A DNA stretch of 64,000 nucleotides. Origin: Marsupella aquatica. Taxonomy: Eukaryota > Plantae > Marchantiophyta. The stretch is taken from positions 9,824,286 to 9,888,285 of the forward strand of contig OZ316898.1 of the NCBI GenBank assembly GCA_973895155.1, read 5' to 3'. Below the pieces are notes generated by a model. That model ran no database searches. It worked only from the letters and a program-made list of their open reading frames with translations, and had not been told where the DNA came from. The position numbers and the translations under genes were made by a program. This document shows, in pieces, positions 1-13,114 of the stretch (position 1 is its first letter; the number at the start of each line of letters is the position of its first letter).

Positions 1-1
1 T

Positions 2-202
2 GGAGATGTTGCGGAACAGCTGCCCGACACCAGAACCAAGGACGAAATACTCGAAGATGAGATCGAGACCCTGACTCGAGAAGTGGATCACACCCTCAAG
101 CTCTCGAAAGCCCATCAGCTGCATTTGGAGGATGATGTTCTTGCGAACGCTACCGAAGGCCCCTCAGGGCTATTTTCGGGGAAAACAGGAGGATCACTCT
201 GA
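2..202 (+). CDS. 3' end of an ORF entering from the left edge (acidic, unidentified; possibly TE-encoded)
   Basis: Frame open from nt 2 (GDVAEQLPDTRTKDEILEDEIETLTREVDH...GKTGGSL) to TGA 200-202; no recognisable domain. Confidence 0.3.
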   Translation, partial: GDVAEQLPDTRTKDEILEDEIETLTREVDHTLKLSKAHQLHLEDDVLANATEGPSGLFSGKTGGSL

Positions 203-351
203 ACTAAATAGGACCAGGAAAGAGTCAGTCTACTCAGACGAAGCTAGACTGAGAATACCGAAACATTGGAAAAGCTTCAAGTTCGATACCGGTGAAGACT
301 TCATTACAATTTCATCGGTCCCCTCGAAGCAACTTTTTGATTTACATTCCC

Positions 352-1170
352 TGTTGTGATCTACAGGACTAGTAAGTCTTTGTTGTGTTGTGCTCTACAG
401 GACTAATGAGTCTCTAGTTACAAACATGGAAACAGTAGGAAAAACTCCGAGATGAGCAATATTGGTCGAGATCGACAACTTCAGTACTATAGTGATCTAG
501 AGGACTAGTGAGTCTTTGTTGTGTTGTGATCTACAGGACTAGTGAGTCTACAGTTACAAACATGGAAACAGCAGGAAACTCTCCGAGATGAGAAGTATTG
601 GTCGAGATCGACAACTTCAGTACAATAGTGAACTACAGGGCTAGTGAGTTTTTGTTGTGTTGTGATCTACAGGACTTGTGAGTCTCTAGTTACAAACATG
701 GAAACAGTAGGAAAATCTCCGAGATGAGCAATATTGGTCGAGATCGACAACTTCAGTACAATAGAGATCTAGAGGACTAGTGAGTCTTTGTTGTGTTGTG
801 ATCGACAGGACTAGTGAGTCTACAGTTACAAACATGGAAACAGCAGGAAAATCTCCGAGATGAGAAATATTGGTCGAGATCGATAACTTCAGTACAATAG
901 TGAACTACAGGACTAGTGAGTCTTTGTTGTGTTGTGATCTACACGGACTAGTGAGTCTCTAGTTACACACATGGAAACAATCGGTAAATCTCCGAGATGA
1001 GAAATATTGGTCGAGATCGACGACTTCAGTACAATAGTGATCTACAGGACCAGTGAGTCTTTGTTGTGATGTGATCTACAGGACAAGTGAGTCTCTAGTT
1101 ACAAATTTTGGAAACAGCAGGAAAATCTCCGAGATGAGAACATTGGTCCGAGATCGACAATTTTAGTACC
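352..1170. repeat. Tandem satellite, 136-bp unit, ~6 copies
   Basis: caaacatggaaaca-like anchor at 421, 557, 693, 829, 966, 1102 (spacing 136-137); each unit contains two copies of gtgatctacaggactagtgagtct. Confidence 0.95.
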
Positions 1171-2836
1171 ATATATTCGCATGGCTTGAGTAAAAGAGTG
1201 TATCCTTCTTACGTCATGGTTTATGACGAAGTTGATTCCTGATTGATATCTACCAGAAACTACAATCCGAATCTGATCATCCTGCAATGCCATGTTGGGG
1301 TGCATCATAGTCGATTTGCAAGTTTTTTTCCTTCATGTCATATGCTAGACAGCTCATTTCATGTCCAATTGACAAATAAACGACTGCGTTTTCCATCCAA
1401 TGTCTTGTCCAATCCAAGTTCCCAACTCGAATTCAATTCTTGTCGGGATAAGGTCCCATTGCTTTGGCAAACAATAGCCCTCTCACATTCATACAAAGCT
1501 GGTTACTAGACACCCTTAGGCATTGCTGAAAGAATAAGAACTTAGAAAGGATACTCTATGGTGCACACAGGACAAACAGGTATGGATGAATACGTTCACA
1601 GGACAAACACCTTGAGGAGGGCAGATATGAATCACAAGACAAACAGCTCATCACTGCCTGCTCTTGAAGGGATTGAGTAACCGTAAGGGGGGATGGGGGG
1701 TGAAGATGGCGAACACGAAAAAATTTACTTCTGCACGCCTCCCTTTTGAAGAGTACGAGGCACGGTCAGTCCAATTATCGCTGAGCTTCAACTCTGGCAA
1801 CGGATCAATAGTCGACCCTTCACCTGACTCCAGACAGAATCTCATGATTCAGCAATGTAAGTGCTCTCATGGTTCCGGACCGCCATTATCCATGCCCACT
1901 GTTTAGCCTTTTAGTTGAATAAGGAAACATTGGACTATTCTGCTTTGAAGGAACTCTGGAACGAAATTGGTGTAATACTATACTCACATTCGATATGAGC
2001 TGAGCCTCAGTCGAGTCTACAGCGAGATCTACAGTAGAACGAACGTTCCTGAAAACTTCATTAGCAGGCTGTGAAGCTGGGCGTCTATGAGGGGGGAGCT
2101 ACCCGGGTCAAACCCCGGGTCAAAACAGATTATGGAGGTCTCCAAAGATTTCTCAGCTGATTTGCTTGAGGGGGAAACGCTGTCCCATGACCCAATCTGG
2201 AGACAGTACAAATACCTCCGTTTTGTAGCTCTGAATTCGGGGATGACTGATAGATGGCATGGATCTCCATAATCTGAAAAAGCGACGAGAAATTCATTGA
2301 AGTTCTAAATCTCAAAAGAGAATTGGGGCCTTGCAGTGAACTCTCAGTGAACACCCTCAACATGTTGAAGAGTGAAACGTCTGGCAGGTTGACGGTGAAC
2401 CTGATCCAACCGCAAGAGGATGACTCTGTTGTGAGATAGAATGAGGAGCTGGAATCGGCTTGGGCCTCTACAAATACTCATATTCACATATCTCTCGGAT
2501 TCGGATCAGGGTAGTACATGAATAGAATTGAAGTTCGTTCCAAATCTTGGACCGCCTGCAGGAAACGTGTGCTCTCGGTCTTAGTTCTAGGAACCCGAGG
2601 AAGAGCACTTCAGGGACAAACCGTTCTGGACGTCTCCCTCTTTACAGTTCATGCTTCTAAGAACGGCGTTGCTGGCTACAAATCACAATGTGTTCAGCAG
2701 TCTTGAATAGGATTTGTGAGCACACAAATAGTGTTCCGTGACTAGCTTTTGTCCGGCGTTAAAAAGCAGTGGCCATAACAAAACAAAACACTGGCATGGA
2801 ATCCATGAGAAATGTCGCCAGACGCAGACGGAATTA

Positions 2837-2922
2837 GGCTAGCTTTCAGAGAGAGCCTTCTTTGACATTGAAAAGAATGAGGCTAGCTTTCAGAGAGAGC
2901 CTTCTTTGACATTGAAAAGAAT
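2837..2922. repeat. Direct tandem duplication, 44-bp period
   Basis: ggctagctttcagagagagccttctttgacattgaaaagaat at 2837 and 2881. Confidence 0.9.
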
Positions 2923-3364
2923 TCCAAAGCGGAGGCCTGTAAATATTGAGAGATATAACACCATGCCTAGCTCCACAGATAGTCAGCCTGTTCGGCCGAT
3001 ATCATTATGGTTAGTGAACCGCTCATTCCATACCGTCTTACGGTGGGAACGTGGGGAATTTCGTATCGAGAACTTCCAGTGAACAGACACCGCGATGCAT
3101 CTAGCAGAGAAGTCGAGGGAAGCCCTGAAGCCATGGCAGGGACTACATACGCTTTTCTATACAACTAGAGAAACCTTCTAAATCGAGCTCTAAATATGCA
3201 ATATAATACATCTGAGATTACCTATCCATCCATCTTTCCTTCAGCCTCATGTGAGGAGAAATTCATACTCATGCCATCGGAACCTGTCTCATGGATATCA
3301 AACCAATGTTACCAGAGGTTTACAATCATTTCGAAACCCTTTCAGAGTGCTAGCACTCCCATAT

Positions 3365-6097
3365 TTATAGAGATTTAGATTTTAATTTAGATTTCAGTTT
3401 CGATTTGGTTCCTGAAAGAGAAAGAGAAAACTTCGTGCATTTGTCCAAGGTTGAAAGAAAATCGGTCTCATCGTGATTCCTAGGAAGAATAAATACCAGG
3501 AGTCTTATGGAGAACAGAATGAACGCTAGCAGACATACAAGTCCTCCGACGCAAGTTGTAGCAACTATCAACTGTCCAGCAATTGTTGACGTGACTTTGG
3601 CACTTGCCACTGAAAGAGAACTACAAGCAAATGCTAGAAATAACAATGTTATCGCTGGGAATAACATTATCACAGATAGTGTCACCATATCTTGACCTGT
3701 ATATGGCTTTCGCTGTAGAAGTTGCCATCCAGCTGGAAGGGAGGGAATCAAAGAAATTGTGATTGCAGCGATGGCCAAATAGAATGACATTGTGTCGCAT
3801 ACCATGAATATAATGACCCACATATTGTCATCATGGATCCCATGATCTCCGTAACTCAAAGGAGGTTGTAATGGCCCCACGTATGACGTTGTTGCCACCA
3901 ATGCTGCAGTGACAGATATTGCATTTGCAGCATTGACGCAATCATTTGCGGATGCTTGCAACGCTTTGGTTTGATAGCCAGACCACCAGGACATGAGTTT
4001 TCCGTTGTGCTCCAAGACGTGTCCAGGATAAGGAACATTCTTGCAGTGATTTTCCGCAAAAATCTCACATCCACGTTGCAACAAAAGATCAATACACTCT
4101 TTCCTTCTTTTAGTATCCGCGGCCATATCCTGCAGCTCCTTGGCCTTGTTAGCCGCAGTGTGTGAAAGCATCTCGTCACGAACGCGTTCTAACTTGAAAT
4201 GATCTACCAAGTGAGTTTGAAATCCATATTCGTGCACTCTTAATGCATGATGAAGTGGACTGTTCCCTTGAAAGTCTTCGACTTTGACAAGTTCTTCATC
4301 CTTTAACAACAATTGCAAATTCGCATACTTCCCTGATGCCGCTGCAAGATGGACTGCATGCCATGCATGTTTGTAAAGGTTTGGTGACTGAACCTCGTCA
4401 ATATCAGGGTCCACTTGATTGCTTAGATACTTACCATCCCCGCCAGCATCCTGCCACAGATCACAAAATATCCAGTTATAGTAAGGACTTCAATATACTG
4501 TCGCGTATCATCAAGATGCCCAGTTTGAAATGCCGCTCCACAACGAAGGTGTGCGGTGTAGTGGTCGGAATATTGGCTCGTAAAAGACTGCATGGTCTAC
4601 ATACAAGTTGAGGATGCAAAAGCTATATTTCAAAAACATATTACTGTCATCTTAAACACTCTACATTGAGGACTTCCGGACACCCATTGACAGATTAATT
4701 GTACGTACCAGCAGCAACCGTATGACCGGAGCGTCAGCTCCCACTAAACACGCAAGCTGCATCGTGTCCAACTCAACAATAACATCAACCTTCTCCTCAC
4801 CCTTCTTCTCTTTGCTATACCTGTATGTTCCCCAATCTATGTCGGGAAAACTTTCAATCAAAAGCTTCGCACATTCAGAGTTTCCCTCGAGCAGTGCTGC
4901 ATGGACGGCACTGTAAGGGTGACGGTGATACCCGAAGCCCAGATCTTCGGACAACTTATTGATGTCAATGGGGATCTTACCACCTGAAAAGTGCGGCTCC
5001 TGGTACGTCCATCTCTGCTTACAGCTTTCAGAAACCGCATCTAGGACACATTTTTCGGGATACTCAAGAAGCGCTTTAAGTGCAGAGCATCTACCTAGAC
5101 CGGCGGCCACGTGCACAGGAGACCTTCCAGCTCCGTCAGGTGTTTGGATGGCGAGTATCATGCGGGATATCGTGACATCGTCACTCTCCGCCTGTATTAG
5201 ATCCATGAAGGCGTCAGTTGTTTCACTCCATATTGCACCATGGAAGGGAGGTCTTCCTTGCCTATCTTTAAGTTTCAAAACGAACTCCCAACGATCTTCC
5301 GACCCTATCTTCTTCCGCAGGGCCAACCTGGCGGGCCTAAACTCGTTGTTTTTCGGTTGTTGACACAGAAAGTGAAAGAAGTATTCCTCTATAGGGAGGG
5401 AACTGAAATATGGGTCGCTTCTGTACTTTTCCTCGCACTCCTTGCAAGTAGGGTCAGCGAGGACTTCATTTGTTGCTTCTCTTAGCCCCGCTCTTAGCCC
5501 GTCACTCTCTCCGCTATCGGCCGAACCTTGCAGTTGGCAGACCGTCCTCGGGTTGAGCGAACCTTGCCATTGATTCTTTGTCTGATCGATCCAGATGGGA
5601 GGTGGCTCCTCACGTTCTCTTAAAGCGTCAACGAGAAGACCAAGGACCTCGTTACTTCCGCAAACTACTGCGATTGTAAATGCGTCCACTTTCCACCAGC
5701 CATTCGTCGCAAGCAGCACATCTCGTACCTCATCTCTGGGAGTTGGGTTTTGGCCACCGTTCTTACCCGCATTTTTCTCATCCGTCTCACAACCTCTGAT
5801 CGGGGATACTTTGCGTATTTCAAGCCATTTCTTGACAATATCTACAAATCCAAATCTCGCTGCTTCAAGGAGTGCGCTGGACCCTTCCCATGTCGATGTC
5901 TCCCGGACATCGACAGTCCCGCGCTTGACTGTCCGCTTGACTGTCCGCCCGACTGTCTTTGTAGAGTCTCGTTTCGTGCCGTGTTTCCAGAGCCCCTCAC
6001 GTTTTTCCAGTGATTCCTGCATCTCCAGAAAATCTCCGCCGTAGAGTACATTGCACCAGTTCAGAATAAAATCGTCCTGAGGCACGTTGGTCGCCAT
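3365..6097 (-). CDS. Ankyrin-repeat + PGG-domain multi-pass membrane protein (ACD6/ITN1-like), ~824 aa; exons 6097-4709 and 4450-3365
   Basis: Ankyrin motifs (GSSALLEAARFG, GRPPFHGA, GRSPVHVAAGLG, HAVHLAAASG, GNSPLHHA). PGG-like segment NAISVTAALVATTSYVGPLQPP followed by hydrophobic helices. Phase-0 intron GTACGT(4708)...TGGCAG(4451) joins the two ORFs in frame. Confidence 0.9.
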
Positions 6098-8502
6098 GTG
6101 AAGAGGGCCCTCGACAAGCGTATTCTCTCAGATCCAGAGTAACGATGCAGACCTCTGCTGATTCCACTTACACCCCCTGGGACACCAGTCTGTTTGCGAG
6201 ATCGAGTACAGAACTGCCCTGGGGATGCAGGAACTGGTTCTCCCATTGAGTCCCACTGACGACTTATATCAATGAGATTTGAGGGATGGGACCGAGAAAA
6301 ACTCACAAGGTCGAAGTTGCTGATTTAGACTCCGATGAAAGTCTAATGACAAAATGTCTTGCTGTGCAGTCAGAGTGATAATTTCGGCTCAACGTTTCAA
6401 TTCCCATGGTTACTTTATGCCCCACTTGACTGCCTTAAAATATCCGTCAATGGCTGTACCGTGCTCTCAGGGTAGTTTCTCCCCGAGTCTTTCCTTCTGC
6501 AAGTACTCTGCAGGTGATGCCTGGTATGCAAGGTGTCATCGTACAAACTGTCTCCAATGATGGCCCCAGAAGTGTACCTGTTCTGAAGTTTGAAGAACCT
6601 ACTGCATGCGTCGGTGAAAAGTGGTGATTGAGCAATCCATAACATCAGTAACTTGTGCTCGATCATTATAACGAGAATGCTAAACGAAGCCTGTATTCAA
6701 TCGGTGACTTCTTCAAGTGTTTCCTTTTGGTTGAATGGATCATGATTGTTAGTGCAAAATTGTTTTCATTTTGATTGATGTTGTGAGGGCGAGAGGAGGG
6801 CAAGACAGTTGAGGAGCGGGGCATCCAAAGAAAAATAGAGCTTCCTAGATTTTGAGCCGTTTCACACATATTTCAATATTAAATACAATGTCTCAAAGGA
6901 TTTTGAGTCCCTCTAATTGGGCTGGTCGCCTTGGTTTTTATATCCACTACTTTTGCACTATCTCCTTAGAAAGACGTTGAAGTGACATCGACAGGCGGAG
7001 CTCGATGGAAGTGGCGATGGCGGCTTGGTCAAGGTTGATTGGGGCTTAGATGGGTAGTCGTAGAGAGCTTGGTCTGGCGTCGGCTCGCTTAGCTGACTCC
7101 CAGACATTGATGGAAAACACGGGTGCATATAGGAGCTTGGTGAAGGAATTGACAAGGACACTCGTATGGAGGAAAGGATGTACAGCAGGAGCTGACAAGT
7201 CAGCTGAAGGATGCAGAAGGAAACAATATGATGTCGTCAGGTTTTCATAAAGGCACGATAATTGAGCAATGTACGAAGGATCTGAACAGTCAGATGTTGG
7301 GAGGGGACTTGGTTACTTGCGCAGGGCAGTCTGCTGCACATTTTGATTTTGTCAGTGTTCAGCAAGTAGAACCCGATGCTAAAGGGGCAGTTTCTGCACC
7401 TGGTACTGATTATGGCGAGGGCCAGGGACTGACGACTGGGCAGAACCACGAAGATCATAAAACAGGTACTGCTTCTTCCAGGGGAAACGAGAGGACCAAG
7501 GCTGGAGTCCGGGCTTATGTGGCACAAGATCGGTGGCAGGTGGCGGCTTCATCATTTTGCCATAGAACGGAGGTTGTGCAAAATCAGGACGAGGAGCAGG
7601 ATTGGAGCCAGGATCCGGATTTTGAAGGGGGCCTCTTTTCCGACGACGATGCTGACGAGAACCCTCCCGACCACAATTTTGATTAGTGTCCTACAGTGGA
7701 CTTCGTGGGAAGATGACAACGGAATGTGGCGATTCGTGAAAGATCTGGAGCAGCTTATTTTTTAGGTGCGAAACTTTTGCCAATTTCCACCTCCCCCAAA
7801 AGTGTTGGCCACTTTTAGCTAACATTTGCTATATTTTTTTAATGCCATTCGCCACTTTCCCACCTAATCATGGACCCTTAGAGCTGCTGACATTAGCCAC
7901 ACTGGCTAAAATTGAAAACCCTTAAAAAATACGCTGATCTGGAGGTCTCACCAGTCCACCCTAGAACCACAACACTGATCTGCTAACCAAGAAAGATGTT
8001 AGGACACTACTAACATCTTCCGATCAGTCCAAACGGCCACTCAAAGCCACCTGCAAAAGACAAATTTTAAAGGACCACATGCAAGAGGGATCTAAACTTA
8101 GCAGAATGGCCGTGCTTGTGGGCCCTTCCTGTCAAACAATAACCGATTCTGCGAGTTCATGGCAAGCATATTGGCTTCTACTGCCTTCTGTTGCGAAAAT
8201 TACCATCAGCCTCAGAACATTGGTCTTCCCCTTCAGACATCTCAGGAACCAATCTTGCTGGGTTAGCAGTCTAACGGGACAATCGGGTAAATTGAACGTG
8301 AGCTTGGATGCGATGAATAGCCATTTTGTTCATTCCTGGAGGAGCTGGAAAGATCAGTATGAAATTGGATAAGATTGCTCTCAAAGTTCCAAACAATGCA
8401 CCCCTGATTATGAATTCTTGACATCTGAATGAAGACCGCTTGGATGTATCCTTGTAAATTGCAAATTGCAAGATTCCAGTTCTAGTAGTTCCAAGAGGTC
8501 AT

Positions 8503-8690
8503 AGTCTTATTGGTGTGCGGAATTTCTGATTGATTCTTCGATAGATTAGATACAGCAAGATTATAAAGTGGAAAATTGCGTAGCGTCCACAAAGCACTAA
8601 AAGGGCCGGGAGTCTTATTGATGTCTGAAATTTCTGTTTGGTTCTTTGACAGTGTACATTAAAAAAGATGTCAGAGTGGAAAATTGCATT
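8503..8690. repeat. Imperfect tandem duplication, ~108-bp period
   Basis: agtcttattg..gt...aatttctg.tt..ttct..gacag and agtggaaaattgc each occur twice. Confidence 0.6.
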
Positions 8691-9013
8691 CCCAGGAACA
8701 CAACGAATGAGCCATGACAAAATCCACCCACAAAGACTAGCGTATAGATACTCCAAGACATGAGAAGATAAAGATACAAGTCCCATAGGATTAGCCAAGC
8801 CAGCTCCATCTCCCACAACTTGGACACAGAAGAGCAACAGTACGTAGGCGGTTTAATGCAATAAAACAATGTATCCAATTCCCAACCATACATACGCCGG
8901 GGAACAAATAGGTCTGACAAATTTCACCATAGCACTTTCGAAAACTTTGATGACAACAATATTGTTAAGACCGCAGATTCTATTTTCAACCTCGAAAACT
9001 TTGATGTACAGAG

Positions 9014-10882
9014 TTACTTTTTAAGCAAGGTTTTAATCTCTCCACTTTCTGCAAGTTCACTTATAATGTCTGCTCCCCCAACAAACTCTCCCTTTACATA
9101 TAGTTGTGGAATTGTTGGCCAATTGCTGTACACCTTAATGGCTTCTCTCAGACCTGGGTTGTAGTGCTCGTCTAGTACATTCACAACCTCATAATCGGCA
9201 CCGTGCTCATTCAAGATAGTCAGAACACGATGAGAGAATCCACACTGAGGAGCAGTTCTGGTTCCTTTTATGAAAGCCACTACACGAATTTCCTTCACAA
9301 TCTTATCAAGGAGCTCCGTAAGAGGGATGTTCAGCTCTTTGTGTGGACCTGGAGTCAACTTGAGCTCCGGCTTTGCTGCCCTATTCTTCCTCGTTGTCCA
9401 CGTCGTCACTCCAGTGACATTCCCTGGGGGGGCTTCTCCAGTGGCTTCCACATGCCCTTGTACCCACTCTCTCCAGGCCTCCGTCAAAGCAGCCTTGTCT
9501 GGAGAATCCAACACAGCTACCTGTAGAAGATCATTTAGAGTCCAGTACGCCAGAAATCAGTGTATGCAAAGAGACTCATAAGTCGATCGACAATACAGTA
9601 GGACTAAAAATAATATCCAAAAAAGGCTCGTCAAGAAAACCTACAGATTTCTAAGACAGCTCTGAACAGTGAATGCCACAGATCTTCCACATAATCTTCG
9701 CTGATTTTTAATTTCATTGGGCCTTTCTAACAGCAGGAAACAGCCTCTCAAGAAAACTTACAGTTTCCCAAGACAGCTCTGAACAGTGAATGCGACAAAT
9801 CTTCGACATAATCTTCGCCCACTTTTATTTTCGTTGAGCCTCACCAAACAGCAGGACAGTTTAAGCCAAAGGCGTGGGGCTGTCTCAGAGAAGAGGCCAA
9901 TTAACCTGGGACACGCAACCGTTTGCCTCGAGTGGGATAACGAAAGGAGATGGAGCCTCTGAGTCTAGTCCTCTGTAGCCTACCAAAGATAGATGTCTAG
10001 ACGTGTGGACGCTCCGGAGTCCAGGATTGTAGAGACTCTCGGGTTGTTGCCCACTCTAATCGGGTATTTGATGTAAATCTAATGACCAACGATTGTGGAG
10101 AGCCTCAGGTTGTTGCCCACTCAAATCGGGCATTTGACGTAAATGTAACATGACCAAACGTTTAGGAGATTGAAATCTTCAATTCGGTAATTTTCCTCTG
10201 AAGAGAAAAGAGAAAAAAAGGACAGAAACTTGGAGACCCTAAATTTATCTCGGAAGCTAGAACAGCTTGGAATTCTAATTGAGGCCCAGCCTAGGAGAAG
10301 GTACTTGTTTTAGAATTAGGAATCGTCCAATTTCTATTCTGCGAATTTTTGACGTGATTGCCTCGCAGTGGACGTCAAACAAACACCATACATCCATCCA
10401 TGTTATCGTGAGCAGCACTCTCTACCAAGAGAGGGACGCACCTTGACAGAGCCGCACAGATCCGGCAAGTCCTGCAGATGGGTCTGGACGCTTGCCGAAA
10501 TTCGTCGAGAGATGCCCACATACTGCAGCTTGCCTGCCTTGTCATAAACGGCATATACGCCCGCTGCAGCTGCGACGTCCTTGCCGGGATCGCCGCCTGA
10601 TGTGAGATCCACAGCTTCTACTTCGTCGAGCTTCTTCAATGCTGCCAAGCAGACCCCCAAACCCCTACGATTTGTGCTCCTAACCCCAAGCGCAAAATTG
10701 GAATTCTTCCTCAAATTCGCCTTCTGGCTGATGCCTTTCAGCGTGTTGCCGCTGTTGAGACCATCATGCTTGAAGCACAGACAAGACGGGCCAGCCTGCG
10801 GCCAACTAGAGCAGGAAGTGGTTGTGATGGCGGTGGACATGCATGTGGCAGTTGGCACGGATATAGCCATTACCATCGCCAT
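9014..10882 (-). CDS. GRXS16: Plastid monothiol glutaredoxin S16 (GIY-YIG-like domain + CGFS GRX), ~315 aa; exons 10882-10442 and 9520-9014
   Basis: Ser/Thr-rich transit peptide; GVYAVYD...LQYVGISRRI; TAPQCGFS active site; WPTIPQLYVKGEFVGGAD; phase-0 GT-AG intron. Confidence 0.95.
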
Positions 10883-12310
10883 GACTGGCTAACCAGCACC
10901 TAATTGCTCTACTCGCTCGTCTACGCTCTCTAGTATCAACCGAAAACCTACCACTGAGACTTGGCAAACAAGAATGCCAAGTCTTGTACCGTCGTCGTTA
11001 TGAAATCAGTGGATGGACTCCCAGCCACGCAGAAGCACAGAACCCCCGTTACGAAACAAGAAAATGGATGCTTACTAAGTGTTATTAATTAACCAGGTGG
11101 AATCCGTGTCAGCAGGTACTTCTCACGAAAGTTCTATCCATGAACTATGGTCCTTGCAGGTGACCTCCCCGAATCATCCTCCTTTTGAAATCACTAGTGT
11201 TTACAAACGCACTGCATTCATGTTTCCAATTTCTGTGTTTCAACGCTTGCCTTCATTGGATGAACTTACTCTCCAATGGCTCAAAATCATTTTGCTGCAC
11301 GAGAGCTACAGTTCAGCCCAGATGGATTTATTTAGTTATGGGCTCCACTACTACTGGAACGACGACAGAGAAAACTTAATTCCACTAATATACGGGATGG
11401 AACTTCAAACGTTGGTGCGCCAACCCGGATTCGCGGGTGCTGTCGGCTTATTGGGCCGTCACTGAGTTGTGGGCACTCGTAATCCGACGTGTCCCCATGG
11501 TGTAAGGGTCTAATCGACGGCTACATAAGTGTTCACTTCGCAAGAGAGCACTTTGACCGTCCATTTACCCAGGCAATGAGCCAGTCTTTCAAAGAATTTC
11601 GGTACAGGGTAGAAAGGAAAGGAGCAATTTACTAAAAGACAATAATGGAGATATTTATTCTACCCAGGGTTTCTTCAACGAGTCACATCTATTTACGGTG
11701 GAGCTTTTCAGTAGAAGACTAGAAGGGTTTCAGAGAACGACTCTGAAGCTTCCTCTGTTGCTTCCTTCGTGCTCTTTGCATTCACGGAACGCTCGTCGAG
11801 ACTCTCAGAGCTCAACCTCTGTGTAGATCTCAGTTTAGACTGCAGAGTGAGGGCCAGCTCTACTATTAGTCAGGACCGTCTTACCATTGTCTCCGGCAAC
11901 TGGAGTCGTCGTCCTCGCCAGTTGGCCAGTTCGTCTGATTTTCAATTTCAACTCCGGCCAGTGGCCACCTTTGGATCGAAGGTATTTCTTCCTCTGGCAT
12001 CGAAATCCGCTTCAATCCACTTGGAGAAGTGCTCCACCATAACCAAAACATAACGGTTATGTCGTTGGGTAAGAGGCAATGGACCAACAGGTCTCCATTA
12101 ATTTCTGTGCATGGCACACCAACGCTCAGGACCTGCAAGACCTTGAAGACAACCTCTCCAAGTAACATTACTGAGTATTTACTGTAGTTCCTCATCAATC
12201 CCGGATTCTTATCTACCAGTCTTCTTCAGCAACGTCATAAGTAGTAGTAGTAGTAATTGTAGTCGAAGGAATCTCTGTAAAACGTTGGTGAGGAGACTGA
12301 AAAACCGCCA

Positions 12311-13114
12311 ATGACGACAGCAGCAGGATCCATAGCTACCCTGCTGAAGAGTTTATCGAAGAGCTCATCCTCCGGTGGGAAACTAGTGGGAGCGGACAGC
12401 ACGTGGTCCACTCTCCCAGCCCTTACCCAAACGGTGCCCAAGAGGAGAAATGCGGAACCAGCCCGGCCGAGCATGGAGATGCCCAGGAGGCGAATCCATT
12501 CCACAGCATCTGCCACAAGAAGGGTCATTGCAGCATCAGGGTTGGGCTTGGCAGAGGAGGGGACGGGGGACAAATAGGCTCAGGGGAAAGTAATTCATGC
12601 AAGTGCTTCGTGGCTGGTGACAACATTGACACATAATAGATTATTCCCGCTGAATACCTGACTCTGGTCCCATCCAAGTGAATACGAGAAGCTCGGAAGC
12701 TATGCCATGATAGGGCTCCCTCCCCACCATGGCAAATTCATTGAAGATGGCATGACCAAGACAGAGTATCATGATTGCCGGAGCCAACTTTGGCTGTGGG
12801 TCATCTCGGGAGCAGGCTCCAGTTGCCATGGGAGCTGCTGGAATCAGGGCAGTGGTCGCTTAGTCGTATGCCAGAATTTGCTTCAGGAACTCGGTGGCTA
12901 CCGGAGAGCCCTATCCTGTGGAGGCCGAGGACAGAGATTGTGATGACAACAAAATTGGGGATTTGGTGTCCGTAGACTTAGGTCAGAATGTTCTTATTAA
13001 TCACACTTACGGTAAGCAGTTCAACCGCATCCCCATTAAGGATGCTGGTCCTGTGATTGATGCTGGGGGAATCTTCAACTTTGCTCGGGCCTCTGGAATG
13101 ATTGCTGCTGCCTA
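12311..13114 (+). pseudogene. Isopropylmalate isomerase small subunit pseudogene
   Basis: Aligns to intact copy 29241-30062 but has TAG at 12575-12577 (TCG in the intact copy), a 1-nt deletion near 12599 and further small deletions near 12680 and 12767. Confidence 0.92.

Noticed and set aside
352-1170. CRISPR-like array
   Set aside because: Sequences between the recurring motifs are themselves repeated (no unique spacers), no cas genes, eukaryotic context
4722-6044. Plus-strand ORFs of 64-149 aa
   Set aside because: Antisense shadows of the ankyrin gene
7228-7765. 152-aa acidic ORF and overlapping 82-aa ORF
   Set aside because: No recognisable domain or splice support; cannot distinguish from a TE or pseudogene remnant
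8079-8470. Possible LRR relic (LLPSVAKITISLRTL, CSFLEEL, L*ILDI)
   Set aside because: Matches too short and scattered to support
10442-10570. GIY-YIG motif as a homing endonuclease or mobile element
   Set aside because: It is the normal N-terminal domain of plant GRXS16
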